22,014 bases of DNA from Kudoa neothunni (lineage: Eukaryota > Animalia > Cnidaria): positions 11,577,236 through 11,599,249 of the forward strand of contig OZ199839.1 of assembly GCA_964304625.1 (NCBI GenBank), written 5' to 3'. Positions 1 through 8,628 of this stretch are shown in pieces (positions within the stretch are counted from its first letter, which is position 1; each line of letters opens with the position of its first letter). Under the pieces are notes generated by a model, which saw only the letters and a list, made by a program, of their open reading frames with translations, searched no databases and was not told where the DNA came from. The position numbers were made by a program, and so were the translations under genes.

Positions 1-1932
1 AATGTATGAGAGACATGAAATTCCTCATCATGACAAAAAATGGTTCACCAAATTGAATATGCGTATTGACTCCCAGTTAAGTATTTAATTTCGAATATAA
101 ACACTAAAGTTTTATCTTTAAAAATAATTTAGTTCTCTTATACACACATAATAATTTATTTAATAATATTAGATGAAAAACGAGGTAAATATATGCATAA
201 TTATTTTATACGAAAATAATTATAAATAACTTTTTTTAAATATAAAAAAATAAAATAAATTTACTTTATATCAAATTTTATCAAAAAATATTATTTTTGA
301 TTACATTTCTCTAATAGAGCGTTCGTATGGCGATAAGACAGAAGAGATACTTTTCCGTTTGTGTAGCTGGGAAACTAATAATGACCCCCTAAAATTTCAT
401 TTGTTCTATATCTATTCGCTGGATTTCAAATATAAGTAAAACTCATTATATTTAATATAAAAAAATCTAGATCGCTTAATTAAGGTACAATGACGATCAA
501 TTCAATGAGATTATTGAAAAAGATAAGGACAAAATTTATCAGCTTGAGCATTTGACAGTGCTCACGTTTAACCAACTGAAATTAAATGAAACTTCGAGTG
601 GACTATTAGAGTTGCTGCACCAAAAATTACAATTTTGAAGAATCAGTGACAATTTTATTTTAACAATTATGATACAATATTATTAATAGAAGATGGTAAA
701 AAATCATTTATTTATTTGACATACTCTGAATTTTCCATCGGAATATTTACCAATAATCTCGACCAATACGACAATTGGATGATGAGAGAATTTTCGGTTA
801 GGAATCAAAAGTTCACCGCGATTGGAAACAACTTTTATTGTATGGGTGGATTCACAATCTTATTTGCAACACATCACAAGTTGTATAATGTATAGGTTTT
901 ATTGATTAATCGATAATCACATTATTCTTTGAATCTAGGAAGCAAACCAATCTCAAACGAGTGACCAAAAAATCATTCATCCCTGTTACGTTAATGGTAT
1001 ACAAGAAATTTTTGACCCTAATAGGAGTGGAGAAAACTGCAGACAACGATTAATATCAGAATATAGAAAAACATACATTGGGAAATATGACCTGAACGCC
1101 TGCATTAACTTAATTTCTTCAGTTATTCACGATTCAGATTTTAAGACTTGTGGTACTGAAAAACGCTGTAACTTTTCAAGTCTAAAGAAGGGAATCTTTC
1201 CTAGTGATGTCAACGAAGTCATGGTATAAGTAAAATAAATATATGAGTCACAAGAAATGTAGATATACAATGATCATTTCAGTTTTGATGGTCAGTCGCT
1301 TGATTCACTTAAAAAGGAATTGATTCATCATTGGGATCGAAATTGTGTGCTTACTTCGAATGAGGCATACCAAATTTTAAATAAGATATGATAAATATTA
1401 AATTTTAATGTGGTTGCTTCCATTTGAATGTCATTTTCACGTTATTAAGCGATCCCTTATTAAAGAATAATGAATTAGTCATATCCTTGACAAAAATGTA
1501 CATTATTAAATTTAATTTCCATTCATAAAAGGTCGATTGATTACCCCATATCACATTTTCACCATATATTTTTCGATCCATTATATGCTTCTATAGTTGT
1601 AGATGATGAGAAAATATCAATGTGAATTGTAAATGTGTTTGTGGCCAATTTTGTTTAGAATTGATTTTCAAACTAAAGCTCATTCTTCATTATATATCAG
1701 TTTGGAGTATACGACAGAAACCTGGATAGAACATGAATCTAGCGTTTCAACATTATCATTCAGAGAAGATGGAACCCAACAAAAATTCGTTCTATTTTCA
1801 ATCCGAGTTAAATCGTTTAAAATTCTAACTACGGAATTAACAATTTTTATTCTAGTCTCACAATTTGCGTTGGTTTATGTGGTATGCAAAATTCGGCGAT
1901 TAAACTCAAAAAGTTTGGGCAAAAATTATTAA
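1..1932 (+). pseudogene. GDA1/CD39 (NTPDase/ecto-apyrase)-like gene, copy A; 5'-truncated by the window, catalytic motifs degenerate, two unresolved junctions (pseudogene or pseudoenzyme)
   Basis: Manual splicing gives exons <1-80, 173-184, 318-435, 485-~597, ~650/690-889, 939-1223, 1263-1364, 1409-1497, 1532-1621 and 1659-1932, with short GT-AG introns (e.g. 436-484, 890-938, 1224-1262, 1498-1531, 1622-1658). The peptides follow the order of CD39 as recalled. EFSVRNQKFTAIGNNFYCMG matches [32 protein letters not shown]...ENC...YIGKYDLNACINLISSV...KTCGTEKRCNF matches DPCFHPGY...TPC...GIGNYQQCHQSI...YCPYSQCAF. WDRNC...CFHLNVIFTLL matches KKFC...YCFSGTYILSLL, and IDFQTK matches IHFIGK. A C-terminal hydrophobic helix ILTTELTIFILVSQFALVYVVC is followed by KIRR. 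No canonical splice solution exists at 1365-1408, and only a weak one at ~598-689. Confidence 0.7.
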
Positions 1933-2412
1933 TAATTAATATCATATGTATTTCTCGTTAAAGTAGATTATTTAACCAAAAAGTGTATGACTGTATATTT
2001 TTTTGTTTGCACGTTCGAAATACATTATTGAATTGTTGTTGCCCAATTTTAGTATATTTTAAAGGAAGCTGTTCTAAATTTTTTATATAGAGAATAATAT
2101 TTTATTCGAATAAACTATTTTTTAGCAAAAATTTGGTATCAATTATGAAAATATATATTATAAAATCTTTCAACACTTATTTTAAAGTTTACGTTTTGAA
2201 ATAATGTTAGAATCGAATTATTCCTCCAAATTCTGTACAATTGTTATATACCGTTTCAATTTAAATAAGGTTTATTTTTAGCACCGTTCAGTTAACTTTA
2301 CTAATACTAATACATTCCAAATATATTTTTAATTCTTCGTATATAGATTATTAAAAAAATAAATGTAATATATTTATTCGGAAAATGTTATATGGTTTGA
2401 CAGATTACATAC

Positions 2413-2444
2413 TAGTAATGTGAGTGGTTACACTCACATTACTA
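2413..2444. repeat. Perfect 14-bp inverted repeat (hairpin) with 4-nt loop
   Basis: TAGTAATGTGAGTG-GTTA-CACTCACATTACTA; the arms are exact reverse complements. Confidence 0.9.
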
Positions 2445-2681
2445 ATCCCCATAAAACCTTACAAGGCATAAGTCACCAATTCTTTGGCAACGCACAAAAT
2501 TAAAACAATTGATTTTAAAAGTAGAAAATGTAACTGCTATGTATTTTAATTTAATTTCTACCTTAATTTATTTTTTTACCATAACGAGTTAATATAGAAT
2601 TCATTTTGAACAATAAACACATCTTTTGGATGAATAATTAAGTAGAAATTTAACTATAATAATAAAATATTGTAAAGGAAA

Positions 2682-2954
2682 TTACTCAGTTATAGTAATA
2701 TTTTTAAGTTTTCTGGCATTTATACTGCGTATTTCTCGTTCAAAATCCGTTTGATGTTTACTACTATTTAAACCATGATATTTCAAGCAATGTCTTAAAT
2801 CAGAAAAATGAGCGAGAGGCAATTCTGAATGGAATAATTTTTCGTTTTCTATCGTCAAATTTACGAAATTTGTCATCTCTGTGACGGTTACCATCTTACC
2901 ATCACTTATGAAAACATTAATGTTGGAGTCATTTCCATTATTGTTTGCGCCCAT
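2682..2954 (-). CDS. 90-aa ORF with a SAP-domain-like helix-extension-helix motif; small gene or transposon fragment
   Basis: ATG-started, stop-free 270 nt in very AT-rich DNA. SDLRHCLKYHGLNSSKHQTDFEREI fits the SAP spacing ELKxxLKxxGLxxSGxKxxLxxRL at the L, L, K, G, L and S positions, but lacks the usual G and K. Confidence 0.35.
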   Translation of the reverse strand: MGANNNGNDSNINVFISDGKMVTVTEMTNFVNLTIENEKLFHSELPLAHFSDLRHCLKYHGLNSSKHQTDFEREIRSINARKLKNITITE

Positions 2955-3489
2955 GCCTTCGCTGGTTTTGGAAAAATTTTATTATTTTATATTTCTCAAT
3001 TAACGGCCTAACTCAATTTTTATTTCTGTCCTTCATTTCGTCACCAATTGAAAACAAAAATCTCAACGCGTCTGAAAAGTTACGAACCACACGTCGCTTC
3101 TAAATATCCATAAAAAACATAATTAATTACAAAATTTTTTATTTATATTCATAATAGTTAAAGAAATGTTTTGAAAAGTTAAAGAGATAAATAATTTATT
3201 ATAATCATATATGTAAATTAATTTTTAAATATTTCTTCAAATTACGAACCGCACGTGTTACACTGAATGTCAACGACTTCTAAATTATATTTATTACTTT
3301 ATGATAATCAAAATAGTCTGTAATATTTTTAGAATATAATGGCACATTAGAATTCAAACTTTCAAAATTAAACAATATTTTAGTTTTTTGTGGTCGAATT
3401 TTCTACAAAATCCAGCCATATGAGCTTAACTAAAGCATAAATATCTACCAAAAAAATATATAAACTAAACATCTTATTTTATCATAATA

Positions 3490-3760
3490 AACCATAATCA
3501 AATTTATTTATTTTATTAAAAAGAACAGCAAAATAATTGGTGATGAAAAGATTAAAACAAATGCGCAAAAAGGTGTATTTAGATGCGACAGGTTCTACAA
3601 ATACCTAATATCTTCTATTATTAACTCGGATCTTTCTAACCTATCAAGAAGGAAAATATCTGATTAATTATAGACAATGATAAGTAACGATTCAAATCCT
3701 AATATAATACAGACTTAACTAACACTGTTAGGGAATGAATCAGAAGGTTTCATAAAATTT
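3490..3760 (+). mobile_element. Degenerate Mutator-type (NOF/Foldback-like) transposase fragment
   Basis: KRLKQMRKKVYLDATGS (~3548-3600) is followed by TMISNDSNPNIIQT*L (~3675-3722). This resembles the recalled LxLDATGS...EMISxxHxxxxIxxWL blocks of NOF-FB-like transposases. Stops and frameshifts are present. Confidence 0.45.
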
Positions 3761-4519
3761 ACAATTAAATTTTGTGGGAATTTAGTAATCCTGTCCAACA
3801 TCTATAATAGTAAAAAAATTATTGTAAACGAATAGACGAAAATAAGCTAAGTTTAGCGATAGAAATGAAATAAACGTGCCCTTTACAAAAACCACAGTGT
3901 TTTTCTTTCTCCCATAGTTATGTACGGTTTTTTTCTTTTGAGTCTACATATTCATAGTTAATAGATATACCAATATTTTTAATTTAAGTTGCAAAAGCTC
4001 AACTTTATTAATTAATAAATAGTAAAAATTGTTTATACATCAACTAAACAATTCTCTAAGTAGAATTTCAAAAATGCGTGCTTATATGACATTGTTTATG
4101 TTCGATTAACTGGAACTAAAATTGCTGGTCCAAAATTTTTCAGATAATCGTGGTTCGACTGACTGCATATCGAGAGAAAACTAGATTGAAATAAAAAAAT
4201 TATATAAATTTTTCAAAAAAACTAGGCGAAGTTTAAGAATTTTGTGAAAATAGTAAATTTGTGGTGATTGGCTAAATATCCTACCTTTTTAAATAGAATA
4301 ATGACATTAATTAAATCATAAATGTGTTTCTAAGACAAAATAAATATGGAATTGTTTCGTCTACATCTACATCTACATACTGAAATATAGTAAGTCGAAA
4401 ATAAATCAACGGCATCGAATCAGGTACTCTAAATTAGATTGATTTATTGAGAAAACAATTTATAAGATCAGCGCACACACGATTACTCGACTTGGTTAAC
4501 ACAGCTAAGTAAACAAATA

Positions 4520-5740
4520 GCGGGCATCTTACCGGTGATTGTAATACAACCAATGCAATACACACCTCTAACATTGAAATTAGGCGCTGGCTATTCTTAC
4601 GACAGTGAATATCATTTTTCCTACTTTAGATATTTCTAATCTGAATTTGAAAATGTGTGAATACATTTTTTTCATGTAGAATTTTTACTATTTATAAATT
4701 AATGTTAGTTATCTTAGTTCATACGTTTTTGGAATTATCCATTGCATTCACCTAATTATTACGATAATAAACCAGTTATTTTTACATTTATAACAATTTA
4801 TGTATATTTAAACCACAAGTTTACCTCAGTTGTGACGATGTAACTTTATTTGCACATGATCTCATTGATTGGTCCACGTGTTGACGTTATGATCTGACAC
4901 GAATTAATTGTATGAACTGTTATCATTTTATAAAATGTTTACATCATAATTTAGCAAGTATTGATGATTTTTTTTAATTTTAAATAAAATAGACTCAGCC
5001 GAAAAAATTATACGCCACCAGTTGATAATGAATGCTATGTAACATTAAAATATAAATCATAAAACAAACATAATCAGGAACCTATATTTGGTCATTTTTA
5101 TAATCCCTTAAGTTTTTATCAAAAATATATATTAAAATATTTTTAATCAGGAGTCCAACAATAGTTAATCTGCTTCCCCTAGGTCTTTCGACAAATTTGA
5201 CGTTGGATTGAATAGGTATATCTCTAAAAATATTATTATAAGCAACCTCAAATTATTTACTTTTATATTTATTATGATTCTTTTTTTGATTTAACATTTG
5301 GTTGCAGTTATGTAGGTAAATACATTGCTATCATCTAATATTATGTGGATTTACGCGTTTTCTTCAGTATAATCATCAACATAACTTAACTTTTATATTA
5401 TATTAATAAAATTCACTCTCAGTTTTAGGAGATATAATTTTTTTGGGAACGTTTGTGTTGGAATTCGTGCTGTGACTACCACATTACATTGGTCCAACTT
5501 GATCAGTTTATATAGGTTTTATATCTGCATTTAAGTTACTCGAGGGGATAGGATAGATTTGGTTAATTCATATTTGTAAATGCCTTAAAATTGTATCACA
5601 TTATTTTCAAAATAATTTATCGCATTTATGATCAATTTCATCTTTGGTCCACATTGGTGGAAACTATCAATAAGCGCTTCATTTTTTCTAACGCCATAGG
5701 GGAAGGATTAATACTAAGAAAAGTGCCAAAAAATTAAAAA
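4520..5740 (+). pseudogene. Heavily decayed GDA1/CD39-like pseudogene, copy B
   Basis: Collinear fragments lie in shifting frames: TLKLGAGYSY (~RVKGPGISKF), RLSRKNYTPPVDNECY at ~4990-5040 (~[17 protein letters not shown]), SPTIVNLLPLG at ~5152-5185 (~NPCxPxG), and CLK/LYHIIFKIIYRIYDQFHLWSTLVETINKRFIFSNAIG at ~5581-5701 (~CFSGTYILSLL...W...KI...WTLG). Many stops. Each match alone is weak; the order supports the call. Confidence 0.45.
4570..4893 (+). repeat. Left arm of a ~320-bp diverged inverted repeat (partner ~5845-6177)
   Basis: 4838-4881 matches the reverse complement of 5866-5909 at 42/44 nt. 4588-4656 matches the reverse complement of 6076-6144 at 58/69 nt, ungapped (hand count). Confidence 0.9.
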
Positions 5741-5844
5741 CCTATACTGCAATTTATTATCTTAATTTAAAAAAATACGCTTTTTGAATAACATAGATGT
5801 TTTATAGACCTTTAAAATTAGACTTAGTAACGCTCTCAATAATC

Positions 5845-6177
5845 TGATGAAGTCATAGAGCATTGACACGTGGACCAATCAATGAGTTCATGTGTAAATA
5901 AAGTTACATTATCGCAATTAGGAAAACCTGCTGATTTGAATATGCGTAAACAGCAAAAAGAAAGAAAAAGAATAGATCTTTGGTCTTAGTGAATGATAGG
6001 AAGTCAGCAAAAATGCCCACAACTTACAAATTAATTGGATTAAAATAACAATTTGTAAAACCTGAAAATTCTATAACATTTTCAAACTCAGATTTGAAAC
6101 ATCTAACGAAGGAAAAAAGACATTCATTGTCACAAGAATAACCACTCGCTTAAAATTATCTAACTTCAACATTTTAG
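5845..6177 (-). repeat. Right arm of the inverted repeat; inverted partial paralog of the 5' part of copy B
   Basis: The minus strand reads ASGYSCDNECLFSFVRCFKSEFENV and LRIFKSAGFPNCDNVTLFTHELIDWSTC. The left arm reads GAGYSYDSEYHFSYFRYF*SEFENV and LCIFKPQVYLSCDDVTLFAHDLIDWSTC. Some differences are synonymous (TGT/TGC, GAC/GAT, GGC/GGT). Confidence 0.85.
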
Positions 6178-6284
6178 CTTAATAACAACCAAAATACATC
6201 AGAAACAGCATCGCAAAAGTACAGAAACAAATTTATAATTTCAAAAGAATTAAATAACGATGGGGGAATATGACATACAGTTGG

Positions 6285-6971
6285 TTAGATTGGTTGAATT
6301 TTAAAATGAAGACTGATCAACGAAAATACGAAACATTTCAAATCTTGAATCAGGTAATAGAACAATGTCAACCCCTCAGGATCACTAAAAGTTATTGTTA
6401 TGGCAACAATGTCACAATAACGAAAATTATTACTTTGATTTGTTTACATCATTAAGCGTTCCAATTTTGTCGGTGGCGAATGAGATATGAGTTGAGCCGC
6501 ACACAATTTCCAATTCCTAATCGCTGTATCAACAACACCAACCACACAATCAATCATTTACTTGGAGAGCTTCTTCTTTTGGTTTAGGCCAATTTTCGTC
6601 ACTTTCATCCAGAATCTACACACAAACACACATATCAATTGATACTCCAAATGGATCCATTAAAATCACCTGAGATTCAACGATAATGCGTCTGAACTCA
6701 TTCATGACAGGTTTACGAACAAAAACCTATAAATTCAATTATTTGTACACATTCCCAGCCATACAATAAGTTTACATTTTTACTAATGCAACGTTCTTTT
6801 CGATAGTTGGATGAATTGGAATAACGTAACAAGCCTACCGCATGATTATACATTGCTATTGGATGTGATCAGCTCAATTTTACCGTCAGGTCTCAGCTCA
6901 AACTTTAGATATTCGAGACCGTATTTACCGCTGTGGCCAACGTAATACCTCAAATAGAAATCCTCCTCCAT
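6285..6971 (-). CDS. mago: Protein mago nashi (exon junction complex core subunit), 146 aa, 6 exons
   Basis: complement(join(6285..6384,6434..6516,6562..6615,6670..6726,6776..6834,6884..6971)), with five GT-AG introns of 49, 49, 54, 45 and 49 nt. Translation: [146 protein letters not shown]. It aligns without gaps to human MAGOH as recalled. Confidence 0.98.
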
Positions 6972-6998
6972 GCTCGATAGTGTCCTGATCGTGTGCGC

Positions 6999-7030
6999 AT
7001 GCTTACGCACATCGTAATATGCGTAGGCAT
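6999..7030 (-). promoter_or_regulatory. Stem-loop with UACG loop just upstream of the mago start, overlapping upstream AUGs
   Basis: Minus-strand RNA AUGC-C-UACGCAUAU-UACG-AUGUGCGUA-A-GCAU forms 13 bp (one G-U) with one C-A mismatch, 28 nt before the mago AUG. Function and inclusion in the mRNA are not demonstrated. Confidence 0.4.
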
Positions 7031-7220
7031 TGTCCAGATGCTTTCCAAACCAACCTGAATCTTAAATTTACTAATTTTACGATTAAAATTTTTTGAATAT
7101 TTTCAATTTACTCGAAAAACAACAAAATTCTTGAAATGTTTTTAAAAATAAACCCTGCGCATTCACACGAAATCAGAGGAAATGTCAGTAGTTGCATTTC
7201 GGTGTAAATAAATTTAATAT

Positions 7221-7275
7221 GAATTTAATTAATTAGAATTTAATTAATTAGAATTTAATTAATTAGAATTTAATT
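7221..7275. repeat. Tandem repeat, 15-bp unit GAATTTAATTAATTA x3.7
   Basis: Exact copies at 7221, 7236 and 7251, and a 10-nt partial copy at 7266. Confidence 0.95.
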
Positions 7276-7766
7276 TGCGACTTGTCAAGCGCAAACAATG
7301 ACGCATGTAAACGTATTAAAAACTAAGAATAAAGTGTTTCCAATCTTATTTCGATCGCGTCCTACTTTTTCTTAAAAAATTCCCTGCCTCACCTCTTCAA
7401 AAGTATTGATTTTTTTAAATTAACCTTCCCTGTACTGCTCGGAAAAAATCACACGCGTTCCGATGAGGTCCGGACGGATCCCAGAAAAAACTATTTGGAT
7501 GGCCTTTAATTTTTGTGTCTTGCATTAAACAATTTTTCAACTATTTATCAGCCAAAGTACAGTATAGCGATGGGAGTCGGTATATTTCGCGAGAATTCGG
7601 CTAGAAGTTCGTAGCGTAAAAAAACATATTTAGTAATGTAAATAAATTTAATTAATAAGATATACATATATATATATATATATTGGAAGTGTATTATCTG
7701 TAATATTTTTTTAAATTGGTGTTCAGCCAAATAGGAACCTATTAGCTCCAATTTTTGTTAGCAATA

Positions 7767-8531
7767 CAGTAAGTAACCAATTTCACGCACTTTTTCGGGT
7801 GCCTCTTGTTTATTATTTAGTTAGGTCAATATTTAATGCCATAAAACCGCTAATGTATCGCATTTTTAAATATTTATTATCTCGACTCCTAATGGCATCC
7901 TAGAGATGAAAAATAAAATAATCAAAACCTATAAATGTTTGCAGAATCTAAACATAGAAATTATTTACGTGTAGCACAATTTAACTCTTTTGATGAAGAT
8001 GTATATGAGTGGTGCATTAGGCGGATACGAAGCAAAAAGATTGTAGTAAGCGTTGTCACGATAATCATCCAGAGAAATCAGTTGGTAAAAGAAAAAGGTT
8101 TACCTTCGTGTGCAATTTGTGGAGGGTTCCGTTGTTAACAAAAATCAAATTTTATTAGCTAATCCGATGATGCTACACCTGAAATTACCTCAGAGTAGAC
8201 CAATCAAATCAAAACTTTTTTTAAAAGATACTCTGAAAATTTTATCTACAATGTAGACGAAACTGCCTTATTCTACTGATAACAACAAGAAGAATATTGC
8301 ATAGATCGTTGAAAAATATTTTTGTGCTGTTAATGCATTTATCGAGTTTTAAGTATCGTTTAAAAATTGAGGTATAGTTAACTAGTCTTTATAAAAGAAA
8401 TTCAGTCATTATTAAATGCTAATTTTTTTCTGAAATAATTGCGTCTGCGAGTGGGTGAAATTGGATGTGATCGGTTTTATGCACTTTTTTTCTTGGTCCC
8501 GAAGGGATTACGTGAAATTGGTTTCTTACTG
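7767..8531 (+). mobile_element. Internally deleted pogo/Tigger-family DNA transposon (765 bp) with both TIRs and TA target-site duplication
   Basis: The left end is TA|CAGTAAGTAACCAATTTCACGCA and the reverse complement of the right end is TA|CAGTAAGAAACCAATTTCACGTA, both followed by TTCGGG. A subterminal CATAAAACCG is present in inverted orientation at both ends. Inside are a CENP-B-type HTH remnant (FDEDVYEWCIRRIRSKKIVVS, ORF 7935-8138) and the first DDE Asp block YSENFIYNVDETALFY* (8229-8279). Confidence 0.92.
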
Positions 8532-8628
8532 TAATCGTATTTATCCAATGAATTATTGAGTTAATATTTTTGTGCTTTTGATAATCCATCTTCGTCTCAA
8601 TTCTGCTATTTTGATTGTTTGCTATTAA

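Noticed and set aside
3570-3605. VYLDATGSTNT as apyrase ACR1 (DAGS) of copy B
   Set aside because: It has an extra Thr, and the downstream MISND...IIQT*L block fits a NOF/Mutator transposase better. It is also ~900 bp from the next CD39-like fragment.
5844-5870. CTGATGA followed by a GTCA/TGAC stem
   Set aside because: No GAAA follows the stem, so it is not a hammerhead core.
4570-6177. Long-TIR Foldback/MULE element explaining the inverted repeat
   Set aside because: Identity is highest at the inner ends and fades outward, no target-site duplication was seen, and the arms look coding-derived. Disfavoured, not fully excluded.
6270-6455. Track ORF, 61 aa, plus strand
   Set aside because: Antisense shadow of mago exons 5-6.
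6972-7200. N-terminal extension of Mago (frame is open for 28 codons upstream)
   Set aside because: There is no in-frame ATG and no upstream exon with a phase-compatible donor. The ATG at 6971 gives the canonical 146-aa length.
7460-7490. Hammerhead-ribozyme-like string CCGATGA-GGTCC-GGAC-GGATC-CCAGAAA
   Set aside because: The core reads CCGAUGA rather than CUGAUGA, three extra bases separate stem II from GAAA, and no stems I/III or cleavage triplet could be built.
7548-7751. Track ORF, 67 aa, minus strand
   Set aside because: Non-ATG start, runs through a (TA)n microsatellite, and has AT-driven composition.
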